A stretch of DNA of 64,000 nt from the human T2T-CHM13v2.0 reference genome, Homo sapiens, in the NCBI RefSeq assembly GCF_009914755.1, contig NC_060926.1. The stretch is one strand, 5' to 3'. This document shows positions 15,766 to 29,590 of this stretch, piece by piece (position 1 is the first letter of the stretch; the number at the start of each line of letters is the position of its first letter). Position numbers and translations under genes: made by a program. A model generated the notes under the pieces. That model was given only the letters and a program-made list of their open reading frames with translations, was not told the origin of the DNA and did no database searches.

Positions 15766-17848
15766 CACATACACATGAAGGGAGTCATAAAAAGAAGAAT
15801 GTTGTTAAATATTGAATAACCTAAATACATCTGCAGAGAATATGTATCCTACGTGTAATGTAAATACTCTCAGGAATAAAATATTCATTAGTTTAATAAA
15901 AGCAATGAAATCTATGCCCTAGTATTCCTCCTCATTAGTAACCCCAGAAATGATACATGACTTTTGATTTGATATGATTCCATATAGGAGATAGTATGTT
16001 TAATCATCTACATTTTAAATTTCAGTTTTAGATTATTAGGATGGGGGAAAGGGTTTTTTTTTCAAATATGTTTCACATTTTTATAAACCTAGACATAGCC
16101 AATAAAACTACAAAGCTTCTAGCAAAGAAAACACATTTTCCGCTATGAGATCATAAAAATAAAATATTGATTACACTGGGTAGTATTTTAAATTAACTCA
16201 CAGTGCTAGATTTAATCACATTTTATGATTATATGAATTACTGTTTCTCTTTGCTTGCTTTTTTTTTTCTCACTAAAGACTACACGTTTTAAAGTTTCTA
16301 TCTATCATTTCTGCACAGAAGCCACAATTAGTTTACTTGTATTTTAAGTGAACTCCACCTCCTGTGCCTAAGAAAGATAACAGTATATCAAACCAATAAG
16401 CCACAGTGGTAGAGTCAACAGAAAATTCAAACCAGAATGGGTCAAACATGAAGGGATACATGGAGGACAGTTGTGTGGATCTGGCTATGGGTTCTGATTT
16501 ATAATAATGGCTTACTCATTTCTGCAATGTACTAAATAGGCTTATGGCTTTTCATGGTTGAAATGAAAGGATTTGTTACATATTACTTGGAAAATGTAAA
16601 ACATCTAGAAAGAGTATTAGGAATGCATACATTTGCTTTCTAGATCATAAAACCAACATAAATAATTTAGGCCAGACTGGAAAACTGTAACTCACTGTTC
16701 CCTAGCAAGGCCCATTGCTTATCCATATTTGATGGAACGTACATATTTAATGAAAGAGGAACAGTATTCCATTGCACACTGAAATGAAATGCTGGTTGTT
16801 CTGTAATTAAAGGGAAAGGAGAAAACACCAGGTTTGCTTTTCACAATTCAGCTTCCAGGTGGTGACTCTTGCCTGAGGGAGAGGCCTGCCATTTTCTCCT
16901 GCCTCAGTTCTTTCCATTTCCTCTTAAAGCTGAGAGGCAGAGGGCAGGAACCGTGTTCGCTTGCTCACAGTCTTTCTTTAAACAGAACTCTCTGCAGATA
17001 TTTAAAGCCCATTCCAGATGTGTTTGCCTCACTACCCCAGGGAGATTAAAGAAGAGGCCCAGAGGACTTTTTAATCTATGGGCCAGTTTTGTATACTTTC
17101 GTAGAAGGCTTTGGCCTATATCTGAGACAGAACTGGGCAAGGCTTTGCAGTGCCGGGATGTGAAAGGAAAGAAGAGCACATTTCATCCAGACTACTCATT
17201 TCTGTATTCGCATAGAGAGAGACACACTGAGATCATGCATTTTGCCTGAGTTTGAACACAGAGAGAAGAGATGCACAGGGAGAAGCCTGAGAAACAAAGC
17301 AAAGAACAAGGAACATTGCTTTGTGGCTTGCTCATGCTCAGAATTTAACTGTCCAACATGTAGCCCTCTGGGTAAAAATGCCTATGTAGCCAGAAAGATC
17401 CCACAAACCTACAAAACCCCTAAAAAGTCATATGTCAAGGCTTGATGAATCATTTATACCTTGACATGTATTAACATAAGGCTGCTTGCTGTGTTTTAGG
17501 AGAAATGAGCTACAGAACAGATGAGTCTTTCTGGGAAAACTTACACAGATCCAGGGCAAGGAATAATACTCCAAAAAGAACAATCAGTGATCACAGTATA
17601 TATTGGCTGGTATCCCAGTACTTACAGATCCGTACTGGGGACACAGGCCCTAGGAATGTGGGGTGGAAGGAGCTCTGATTGAAGGGGTCACAGAGTAAAA
17701 CTTTAGAACCAACTCAATATACGTTTATTTCATACATAATGGCCTTCCTGTTACAATGCAGGCTATCAAATCAATATGTCTAAATGATTCAAGAGTAATG
17801 CAGACTGGAATATTGGATTGCAGAGGGCAAACCTAGAGCTATTAGGAT

Positions 17849-17878
17849 GAGAGAGAGAGAGAGAGAGAGAGGGAGAGA
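17849..17878. repeat. (GA)n microsatellite
   Basis: Directly visible. Confidence 0.9.
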
Positions 17879-20169
17879 TATTTCTCTCTGTGGGTACCTA
17901 GGAGAGGAAAAGAAAGGAGATACATTGAAGAGAAATATCACCTTCTCAGAATCTTGCCTAAAGTCAACCATGTCACTACATTCAGAGTAAGTACAGTCAT
18001 TGCTATTTATTTGTTTATTTTTTGAGAAACAGAGCCACCCTACCATTTTCAGATTCCTTTTCAGAGAGACAGAGGTGTAGGGACTGTTGAATGGGCAGGC
18101 TCATGGGCAGGCTCAGCGAAATAACAGAAGGGAACTCAAATCTCAGGCACAACTCTGTGGCCAGAAGCATTAAGATCTCTTTCTTTTTAAAATATGAAGA
18201 TTGAGTCATCCACTCCCTAAAAGGGATAAGGGGGAGGATTTGGCTATGTAATTGGCACATTGCCACATTAGCTCATATGGTAGATGAACAGAACTATATG
18301 CTTTGATTCCTAGCAATGTTCATGGCTTAATGCCAACTTCAAAACTTTAAAAATGCTATTCTACTGTCCATAAGAGGAAATTTGGGAGACCAGTAAGGAA
18401 TTGATTTTCTCGGGATATTTCCAGTGAAAACTCAGTTGAAAGGAGACGAGAAGAAACAAAATAATTATTTGTGAATGTCTTTAATTGACACAAAAACAGA
18501 AGACATCAAATTCAATCAGCAATCAACTCCTAGCCAATGAATGCATTTACTAAATTATCCGTAATACATTTATCCTCAAGATGAGGGCCTGGAAAAACAA
18601 GCATTCTAATTTGCTTCACCATTAGATTTGACATTTGGGCTCAAAGTTGTCTTTTAAAAGGTACAGAATACTAACCTACACAGATATTGAGTTTTCTGTG
18701 TAATTTCTGTCTTAGTTTCTTTGAAGCCTTTTCCTCTGCCTCCCTCTACTGATTCAAATGCAGCAAAGCAGAAGAAACCCAAGTAACTGGTTTGGCTAAA
18801 AGTTTAAATTGGAAGAAGAAAAAATACAGGGAACTCCAGGCTCCTCACGCTAAATGGCAAGGTAACTTGCTCGTCAGTCCTATATTTCTCTTAGTTTGGG
18901 CATTATCTTTATCTTCTGTTTTGTGCATTTTTTTTTTAGAATACCAATAATGAGATCTTTAGAAGTAGTGTAGAATAAATTGGGAATATCCAGTCAAGAT
19001 ACTACAGTAGAGCAACTATGATCAGCACTGGTCAAGCTTTTCGGAGACAGAGCTGGCTCTTCAGAACTGGGTGGTTTTTCCTAGGAATGCAGGAAACGTG
19101 ATGCCTATGCCCCTCTAAAAGATCAAGGGAACGCAGAGAAGAGACGACACAATGTCAGGAAATCGTGGCCCCTGCTTTCTGCCAAGCTCCTCAAGATAAG
19201 GACAAATCTTACAGGAACAGAAGAAGCTGAACTACATGCCAATCACATTCAACAAGTTCCTATCAAATGTCTGAGCTACAAGTTGACAGAAAGGAAAAAT
19301 GGAACACAAAAGCACTTGCATTATGCACTCATATTACATGTGAAGTGTGTGAGTGAGAGGACGGGTGAAAATGTCCACTTTAAATGACACTAGGAAGGCT
19401 TCACTAAAGACATGTTTACAAGCTCTCAATTATAAGCACCTTAAAAGGATGGGTTTCCCAGCACAGAATCAGAGATTACAGTGGCATCATGGAGATAAGG
19501 GTGGAGGTCTACAGCAAAACAAGACGGAAAAGCTTGCTAGGGGTAGAGATGTTGATAGCATCAAATAATATTTCAGTGTTATTTAATTACAGTTATCATG
19601 TGCCATGGCTTTACACATTAACTTTGTTTATAAACTGTGATAGTCTTCAAATTATTCAAGGGCATTCCGTGTTATACGTCCTGCCATACTGTCATTGAGA
19701 AACACCATGATTCTGATTTTTAGTACACTTTCACATTTACTTACGCACCATTTATCTGTCATATATATTGTACAGAGGCTTTCCTAAGCCTTCAGAAACA
19801 AATTAAAAGTGACCTTTACTACCAAGACATTCAGTCTAGCAGAGAAGTCACAAATATATTTCATTAATAGCAATACTATGTAATAAGATAGAAGATAAAA
19901 AGTAAACACAGTGGATATGAAAACACACAGAAGAGAAAACACAGGTGGAGAGGGAACAGCGGGGAAAAACACAGGGAGTTTCCCTAGATGAGGGACACAT
20001 GAGCTACCCATCTGCCATAAGGTGCCCAGGAAAGACCTGAAGACATGAGTGAGACTTTATAGACTAGTCTCCAAGTCAGCCTCCAAGAATGGCAATAATT
20101 ATAAGTTCAATAGTTCTGAATCTCACAGGATGCTAAGATCAGTATCTTCCATTGTTTCTGCATTCCTTT

Positions 20170-21050
20170 ATCAAGTAAAATCTCATTGAGTGCTTACATG
20201 GAGCACTTTTTTTTTTTTAACTCTTTTAGGTCTCTTGAACACAGCAGGAAAACTGGAGAGTCAAGGTTATTACCCTCCAGGAGCTTCCAGCTGGGAGACA
20301 GGGAACAAACTAGTGGCTTACTGACCAGGGAGTTTGGCTTACAATAAGCCCTAGAAAATAGGGTGACATGTTAAAAGGTGAAAGGGACAGGGTGAGGGGA
20401 GCATGCAGAAGCTGGTCACAGACAGCTTCTTTGAGGCACTGATACGTGAGTTCAGAACTGAACATGAAGAAGGAGCAGGCAAGTAAAAAGTTGAGGTGGG
20501 ACGGGAGGCATCCCCTGCAAAAGGTATGGCCAGGACAAGCACTGAGCCTGAAGGAGAGAAGGAAGGTCAGTGGGTGGAATGCATGGATTGTGGGGAGGTG
20601 CATCAGGAGAGATTGGAAAAGTAAGCAGGGCCAGAGGGGGATAAGGAGTTTGGGGTGTATTTTAAGTGCAGTGGAAGTGATTGAAGGAAGTTAATAAGTA
20701 GGAGACGACAAAGCCTGATTTACCTCTGAAGACAGCCACACTGGCTGGTGATAAGTGGAGAATGGACAGTCGGAGGAGAGGGCAAGAGTGAAAGCAGAGA
20801 CCGGATCTGAGGCCGCTCGGGAGCTCCGGCTAAAGACAATGGTGGCTTAGACTAGAGAGATGACAGAGATGGAGAAAGTGAGGTCACAGAAGAGCAATAT
20901 GGTGCAGATATGAGAGACAGAATAATTTTCAGTTGATTCCTGGGTATTTGGGAGATAACCTGGAGGGATAGTGGTATCTTTTACTGACCTTTGGTATTTT
21001 TTTTGAAAATTGATTCAAAAGGGATGATTAGAGAGTTAAAGTTTGACAGG
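20170..21050 (-). mobile_element. L2 LINE 3' fragment
   Basis: ttgagtgctta..., ccctccaggagcttccagct, and purine-rich L2 antisense motifs (aaggagtttggggtgtatt, gatggagaaagtg). Confidence 0.7.
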
Positions 21051-21320
21051 AGGAAGGTGGGCAGCTTCTTATAGGCCAATGTGGTAACACAAGGAAATGT
21101 GTCTGTACAGGACCGGAGAGAGACCAGCAAATTCACAAAATTCTATGGGACCCACCCTCTGACAGCACTGTTTGTTCCCAGAGCATGGGATGGGCCTCCT
21201 TCTGCTCTCCCTGAGTCTGAGCTTGCGGTCTTCTTGGTGGCTTATGAAGGGAACACGCTGCTCCACCTGTTTCTAAGTGGGGCTGAGCAAAGGGGAAACA
21301 GTTCTTTAAAAGAGAGGGCT

Positions 21321-21998
<678 letters not shown>

Positions 21999-22519
21999 CT
22001 ATGGATTTACAATCTTTTAAAACCTAGAGATCTGCTAGGCCTTCTAACTCATTTTTTTATAAATGAGAAAATACAGACCAAGAGACAATAAGTGATTTGC
22101 TAAATTCATACTGTGTTGCTGTTACTAAGAGAGCTTGTGGCCTTATCTGACAGTTGATGCTGAAGTATTTTCTTCATACCTCTGAGTCTCTCAAGTCAAT
22201 TTCAAGTAGTGCTCAAGACTTTGCTAATCTACAAAGCCAGATCACATGATTTGAGACAGAATGGGAAAAACCTTCTTTTCCTTTATACACCCAACGATGC
22301 CAACCTGGGGTAGTTGTTTGTGATGGCCTTGCTTTCATTAAAAATAGACTATACAAAAGCTAAGCAATAAAATTTAAAATAAATATAATAAAATTATGTC
22401 AAGATTTAAACTTATCTTCACATAATTAAGTGGAACCACCCAGGACCTTTGATTTAGTAAACAGTAGTAAAATATTTTATCTTTCCCAAATCTTAACCTG
22501 TTTTCATTAATTATGTGGG

Positions 22520-22539
22520 TTCACCAGCAGAGGGCGACG
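22520..22539 (+). promoter_or_regulatory. Predicted CTCF binding motif
   Basis: TTCACCAGCAGAGGGCGACG fits the CCASYAGRKGGCR core in unique AT-rich sequence; occupancy not testable from sequence. Confidence 0.65.
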
Positions 22540-23239
22540 TGATACCTTTTTTCTTTTTTGCCCCCTCCCCCAACAAACAATTTAAAACAAGTGGCTAGAA
22601 AATCAGAATCCCCTTGATTACATCCTATTGATAATTCACTATTCATAGGAGCAATTAGGGATTCTCTTAATGTCAGCAGAGTATACTTGTTCATTCTTTG
22701 GGGTAAGGATATGAGACTGGGTGATCTGGAGGACTTGCTGAGAGCTGGTAGGAATTTGAAGCTGTTTCCATGAATGTTTCTGCTGTGTGAGTTAACGAAC
22801 TCGAGCTAGCATGGCAAGGTCATGTTATTTAATGTGAAAATTCTTACAAATAATGTTTCATAATTAACATTAAAAAGCTTGTTTTTGAAAAGGATCTGAT
22901 TTTTGTTTCACAGACTAAAACTGGGAGTTTCATCTTCAATCAAGCTGGAAGACCCAAGACTATTATTTTGTTTGATATTTGGTCAAAGCAAATTAGTTAA
23001 ATAAATTTTATCTGCTTCCAGCCTACGTTTAATTGGTAAATTTGAACTTTTTGAATGCAGTGTGTATTCGTATTGTCTCTTTGAAGAGTAAACTATTGTA
23101 AATCTGTAAGTGATCTTACTTCCTGAACTCTATTTTGTTTCTCAAGGCATTTAATGGTGATTAACAACTTCATATGTCTAATTTATTTTATTTAGGGAAA
23201 CGTTGTGGTCTTCAAATTTTAATGAAAGTTTTATGTTCT

Positions 23240-23470
23240 ATATGATGTTGTGTTGATGGATATTTGACATTATGCCTTCGCTAAAACCCATAAAACTGTA
23301 CAACAAAAAGAGTAAACCCTAAGGTGACTTGTAGACTTTAGTTAATAATGTATCAATATCAGTTTATTAATTCAGACAAATGTACCACACTAAGGCAAGT
23401 TAATAACAGGGGAAAATGGGAATGTTCTCTACAATCTGCTTAATTTTTCTGTAAACCCAGTACTGCTCTA
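23240..23470 (+). mobile_element. L1MC-type 3'UTR fragment
   Basis: aaacccataaaactgtacaaca...aaatgtaccacacta...aatttttctgtaaacc. Confidence 0.75.
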
Positions 23471-23584
23471 CAGAGAAAGGAGGAACTAGAATGAGATTCC
23501 TATATCCTCCTTCTCCCTCCAAGGGAGGGAGAGACTGGTAGTTCCTGCCCACTCTTCCTGGGCAGAGCCTTTGCAGCATGGAGG

Positions 23585-23700
23585 CTTAGAGAATTTGCAG
23601 TCTGCTGCTGATTGTGTTTTAGTCAGTATTTCTGATTTAGGAGGTTGGTGGGGAGGCCCTAGAATTTGCATTCCTAACAAGTTCTGAGGTGATGTTTCAA
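23585..23700. mobile_element. MER5A-like hAT fragment
   Basis: ttctgatttaggagg...gaatttgcattcctaacaagttc. Confidence 0.6.
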
Positions 23701-24035
23701 ATATGTCCAGGCAAAAAAGACCCCTCACAGAGATTTCTACAATATGGCATGTGAGTGAAGCCACACATATCTCAAACTTCAAGCCTAAAAACAAAAGACA
23801 GAAACCCAAACACCAGAGTGAACAAAGAACGTCTCAGAATGTCTGTGGGGACCAGTGATGCAAGGGATTGACATCTCCCTCTTCTCTTCATCTTGGCACT
23901 TCAGAAATCTCCCCAGCTTCGACACCGCCCTGGGGATGGGGCAGGACCTCTCATTGTTAAGCTATTGTCACTGCAGGCTAATGGGGACTTCAAATAGAAC
24001 TAAGGTACAATTCCAGAAAAAAAAAATCTATTTGT

Positions 24036-24325
24036 GGCCGGGTGCAGTGGGACACGCCTATAATCCCAGCACTTTGGGAGGCCGAGGTGGGTGGATCATC
24101 TGAGGTCAGGAGTTCAAGACGACCCTGGCCAACATGGTGAAACCCTGTCTCTACTAAAATACAAAAATTAGCTGGGCATGATGGCAGGTGCCTGTAATCC
24201 CAGCAACTCGAGAGGCTGAGAAGGGAGAATCTATTGAACCCAGGAGATGGTGGTTGCCGTAGCCAAGATGGTGCCACTGCACCCGAGCCTGGGTGGCTGA
24301 GTGAGACTCCGTCTCAAAAAAAAAA
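24036..24325 (+). mobile_element. AluSx-like
   Basis: Full dimer; TSD aaaaaatctatttgt on both sides. Confidence 0.95.
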
Positions 24326-26389
24326 AAAAAATCTATTTGTTACACACACATAAATTAAAGTTTTTTTAAAACTCTTTGTTCACCAAAATTAAGATGCAAA
24401 AAAAGTCATGACAGGCCAAAACAGAAATTCAGTCTTCGTAGGTTTGTGATATATTGGGCTTTTCATGTTTAAATAAATTCATTTGTGTTCAAGCATAAAG
24501 ATGGGTACAATAATTGTCTACAAAGTGATATTTATCAATTTCAATACCGAAATTGGTCAGGGACAATGACAAGAACTTCATGATATAAACAAAAAGGCCC
24601 TGGATAGTTTTTGCTAGTCCCTTTTTTTATAGGTTGTTCTTATGCAGAGGGTTTTTATTATCACATCCTTATAAATAGTTGTATGCTATTCCTCAAGACA
24701 AGAGTCCACTTACTTCCATTCCGACAATGCTAGCTAACATAATTCATTAGCCAGAACTGTTCAATTTTATCACTATAGCAGAGAAAAAAAATGGTTATAT
24801 TAATAATTTTAAGCCAGCATTTCTAAACGTATAAGGATGTTTCTGGTGCATGCCTTATATGCAAAACTCATAATCCTCACAAAACTTTACAGGTGGGACA
24901 CAGTAAAAACTAAAGCTTGAAGTTCTATTTAAACATTTGCAGATGGATTTTATGTTGCTCTATTCAAATTGATGTGAATACATTTTTTCTACTGTCTATT
25001 TATTTCCTGGTGGGGCTAGACATGTTTCTCTGTCAAAAGTAAATTGTCTTCTCTAGCTTCAGATTTCTTATATCAGGAGTATTCTATGAATGTAGTGACA
25101 AATTTTACAGAGAAAGTGACAAAAGAGATTTGTAAGACCCTGCCCATCATTATTCAGGATCTCCATTGTCCTTTCAGCTTCAGCCATCAGAGAAAGTTGA
25201 ATGAACAAACGATACCCCCAGACAACCTTACCAAGTCATCTGTAGACTTACAGTCAAGTTTTAGTGCAGTTCACCCTAATTCACAACCAACAGGTATGGG
25301 CAGCTTTTCCCATGAATAAACTATAAGAACCCCTGTACAAACTTCAGCCCAGAGACCTGGGAGCAGCATCAGTGTATGATGCTCTTGAACCTCATGCTCT
25401 TGAACCATCAAATATCTTGTCAGGTACTGTTAAAGACAAGAAGAAAAAAAATTGCAGTTAAAGCTCCACGGAATTAACCACTGGGTTCATATTTCTCAGT
25501 TAAAAGCATATGACACAGCCATTTCCCGGGTTCCCAGGCCTCTGGGATATATATATACTCTCTGAGTATTTTTAAGAAGCAGATGACAGCATGAAAGAGA
25601 AAAATTCCCAAGACTTTCCCATACTCTAGATATGAGTGAGCTTTTGCTACAACATTTGGATCAGGGTGTAGAGTGCAGGAGCCAGTGGCATTCTCTGTTG
25701 TGGCATTCTCCTCCTTCTTTTCCAGCTGTCTTGTACCCTCACTGCTAGTGTCATATTCTAATTGTTCATTATCAGGGATGGAAACTTTAATATACCTTTT
25801 TTAATTCTGATGCTTGGTTTCTAAGGCTAATTCCCAATATTTTGACACTTGACTCACAGGAAGAAAACACAAGTAAGCTTGGAGACCCAGAGAACGTGCC
25901 ACACTGTGGGTTGCTTGGGAACTCACATGGAGGCTATGATGAGGGAAAAATAAGAGAGAGGCTGAGGGGTGTATTTTGTGGCACCTTGATTCTTGTCTTT
26001 ATCTGCATTAAGATGGTCACATACACCCCTATTCTTCACCATTTTTATTGCATCTGGAAAATTGAAAACAAAAACAACATATCAATTTTTTCTGATGCTA
26101 TTCCCAAACTTCACTGAAATCAGACCTCTTCTCAGAGAGAGTTCTGACCTGTGCCCAGAAATTTTGAAAAAAATCCATTAAATGTTATTTTTTGCACTTT
26201 TAATGTGTCTCCAATCAAGCTCTTTACTCCATTGAGCATTTTGATTGTGTGACGTTTTTGACTTCCAACTATAAGCTTTCCTTTAATAAAAAATACTGGG
26301 TTGCAAGAAAACAGCTTTAAAAAGATGTGTATGGAGGTCTCTAAAGCTTTGTGGTTTCTATAATAACAAACATAATTCATTCAGTTCCC

Positions 26390-26560
26390 ACTGCATAGCA
26401 ACCTCTGTACTAAGGACTATATGTTTACTATCTAATTCAATCTTCAAAACATTATTTTGAAGTAAGATGATGAAACTGGGGCTGAAAGAGACTAAATAAT
26501 GTACCCTAGGTTAAGGCATTGGTCAGTGGGAATAGGACCTATCTACGAGATACTAAATAT
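26390..26560 (-). mobile_element. MIR fragment
   Basis: gatgatgaaactggggctgaaagag...taccctagg, antisense MIR core. Confidence 0.6.
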
Positions 26561-26994
26561 CATTGATGCTAGAGACATATCTAAGATTTGTCTTTTTGTT
26601 AAGAAGACACATACCTACACTCTAAGCATCACTTTATCTATTGTAAAATTAGATTGTGAATGCAGACATTATTGCTTCAGCTCAGAAGTCAACAAAAACC
26701 TCTGTTGTAGGTATGAACACTATCTTCTGTGAAGTAGCTTACTTTCTGTGAAATTGGGTAGACTACGCAATATTGCCATAGTCTGACGGAAACATTAATA
26801 GCCCTCCCTGAGCAGTCTTTATGGGCCACTATTAATTATGTGAGTTGCTGGGTACAGTTATACTCAAGAGCAATTGCCTTACTATTGCAATGCACAAGTA
26901 AATAAGTTCCATTTCTTAAACTGACATCCTCTGTAATCTTGCCCCTTCTTTCCTCAAGCCTCATGTATCTCTTCTAAAGCTAAGTTGTACTTTA

Positions 26995-27216
26995 CCGTTT
27001 GGCAAATTTTTTAGGTTAAGAATCAGATAGCAAATATCTTGGACTTGGTGGGTCATAGATCTCTGTTGCAATTTTTCACCTTTGCAGTTGTAACATCAAA
27101 GCAGCTATAGGTAATACATAAACAAATGAGCATCACTGTTTTCAGTAAAACTGTATTTGCAAACATATGCAGGGGGCTGGATTTGATCTGTACACTAGTA
27201 GTTTGCCAACTCCAGT
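26995..27216. mobile_element. MER58-type hAT-Charlie relic
   Basis: ttggcaaattt...aaagcagctatag...tagtttgccaactccag with terminal inverted repeats. Confidence 0.75.
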
Positions 27217-27841
27217 TCTAAATATACATTAAATGACCTTAGATGAATTAAAACTTATAAAACACAGAACAGAGCCAGATACACAGTAGTTCTATATAAG
27301 TTAACAAAATAAAATAAACATAAAACAAAAACAGATATATGCAATTCTCTAAATATATCATGCTCTCTTCTGTTCCCTTGTTTTTGCCCATGTAACTCCT
27401 TTTTCCTATAATTTTCTCTCCTCTTGTACTTGAACACCTTTATGACCCTCAAGATTCTACTTGATGTTGACCTACAACTTCAAGACACCCCTCTGTTCTA
27501 TATTCCTAGTTTGGGTTGATATGCCTGCCCATCCACTCTCACAGTACCTTGTACCTGCCCGAAAGACAGTCCTCCCAATTTGGTATGGAAATTCTTGCCC
27601 TGATGTGATATTTGGCTCTCTATCAGACAGCAAGCTCAGTGAAGGCAAGGAGTTTGCCCTTCCACTCAAGTTCCTCAATTTTTTTTAACAGGCAATGCTT
27701 ACTAATTGTTTTTTTGAAAATCACTGAATGAATAAAATTTTTTGAATGAATAAACTCATTTTTTTTCAGAGGCAAAAGTAACTAAATGTATTATCTAAAT
27801 GAAAAGTTATAAGTCTTTTCTTCCAATTTATTGTCATTTAT

Positions 27842-28462
27842 TGCTGAGATCAGCTCGATCATGGAGACCCTAACCCAGCGGCGCTAGAGGAATTAAAGAC
27901 ACATACACACAGAAATATAGAGTGTGGAGTGGAAAGTCAGGAGGCTGACAGCCTTCAGAGCTGAGAGCCACAAATGGAGTTTTACCCACGTATTTATTGA
28001 CAGCAAGCCAGTGATAAGCATTGTTTCTATATATTATAGATTAACTAAAAGCATTCCTTATGGGAAACAAAGGGATGGGCTGAAACAAAGGGATGGGCCC
28101 TGGCTAGTTATCTGTAGCAGGAACAAGTCCTTAAGGCACAGATCACTCATGCTATTGTTTGTAGTTTAAGAACGCCTTAATGGAGCTTGTAGTGAGCTGA
28201 GATCATGCTACTGCACTCCAGCCTGGGCGACAGAGTGAGACTCCTTCTCAAAAAAAAAAAAAAAAGAAAGAAAGAAAAAGAACACCTTAAGCAGTTTTCC
28301 ACCCTGGGTAGGCCAGGTGTTCCTTGCCCTCATTCCAGTAAACCCATAACCTTCAGTGTGGCCATCATGGTCATCATGAACATGTCACAGTGCTGTAAAG
28401 ATTTTGTTTATGGCCAGTTTTGGGGCCAGTTTATGGCCAGATTTGGGGGCCTGTTCCCAACA
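27842..28462 (-). repeat. 3' LTR (MER9) with an Alu insertion
   Basis: TGTTGGGAACAGGCCCCCAAATCTGGCCATAAACTGG start on - strand; direct repeat of 33725-34233. Confidence 0.95.
28181..28277 (+). mobile_element. 5'-truncated AluY inside the 3' LTR
   Basis: ggagcttgtagtgagc...A-tail; 13-bp TSD aagaacgccttaa (28168-28180) / aagaacaccttaa (28278-28290); empty site present in the 5' LTR. Confidence 0.92.
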
Positions 28463-28476
28463 TGTTCCCCCTTTTG
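28463..28476 (-). other. Polypurine tract of the provirus
   Basis: AAAAGGGGGAACA directly upstream of the 3' LTR. Confidence 0.88.
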
Positions 28477-28479
28477 GTT

Positions 28480-29590
28480 TTTGCAAGATGATAAAAGCAA
28501 AGGTGGCTTTATCATGGTGAGCTACTGCTCACAGAGTTGGGATCCACATCTGCAGACTATACAAAGACAAACAACAGAGATTAAAAGCACAATCATCATT
28601 GAAGTCACAGAGCTTCCAAGTGTTTTTATCTATTTTAATGGGTTAATAGCTGCTAATCTGTCTGCAGCTCCTTCAAGCACTCTAGTCCCTGACATTAAGG
28701 TCAGGTGTGCCTGGGATGCTTTAAATATTTGTTATTTTAATTTTGCAATATCCAAAGACAAGTTTGTAGAGTGTCCTTCTAGATGCTTTTTTATTCTTTC
28801 CCAAATTTTGATCTTATTAAGAGCTATTAATAATTTCCACAAATCCTTATGCTTAGCTCCTAGAGCGGGCCATATCATTTGAGGTTGAGGTGCCACTATA
28901 CCGCCACGTTTCCAGATAATAGGAACTCTTGTCATATTTCTTACCATTTCTACCATCTAACCATTTTGTTTAGACCAGCTGAACATAGCATGGTCATGGC
29001 ATGCAGACTGAGAGGTGTAATTCAAGTTAAACCTCCCCTTTGGGCACCTATCAATAATGATTCCATAGGAATCATTGTGCAGCACCTCTGCCTGTTCTGC
29101 AATACAATCTTCCCAAACAAGTATGTTCAGTTTTTCTGGCCAGGTCCAATTCTGTTTACAAATAGGTTTTTGAGGGTGGTATGCCTCAATTATTGGAGCG
29201 GATTTATTATGGTAAATACTGAGATCAGAAAGCATGTGCAACCGTGTCATAGAATGATTACATCCAGGCATTATTGCCAGCCAAAATTGATACATATACC
29301 CAATAAGTATACTTGTTCTCTGTGTCAGCCCTTATTGAAGGAATACTCACGGCAGTGGTGATCACCGCTATCATAGCTATCATTAAATTACTCATTGTGA
29401 CTGGCTGTCCTGCTTTCCTCAGGTTTTCTTCTGCCATCTGCAACAGCTTCTTGATCTGCCCCCAGGTAGGTGGGTGTGTTTGACAGGTGTTGCTTGTGAC
29501 AGTTGGGATCCTCCTCAACATCAGTCTCAACATGGCTGCAACTGGTGGGTCTTTGGGATCCTCCCAAAACCTCTTCCTGGGTATCTGGCT
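28480..29590 (-). pseudogene. env: HML-3 env remnant (signal peptide, partial SU fused to partial TM)
   Basis: PPTWGQIKKL..NLMIAMIAVIT..YTYW (signal peptide/SU start), WEDCIA..GIIID, KHKDLWKL..KHLEGHSTNLSLDIAKLK; frameshifts and stops. Confidence 0.88.

Noticed and set aside
16834-17445. Overlapping 67-126 aa ORFs as a novel gene
   Set aside because: Non-ATG starts, no recognisable homology and no clear exon structure
28205-28882. 225-aa + strand ORF
   Set aside because: Chance read-through of Alu tail, antisense LTR and antisense env; no recognisable domain
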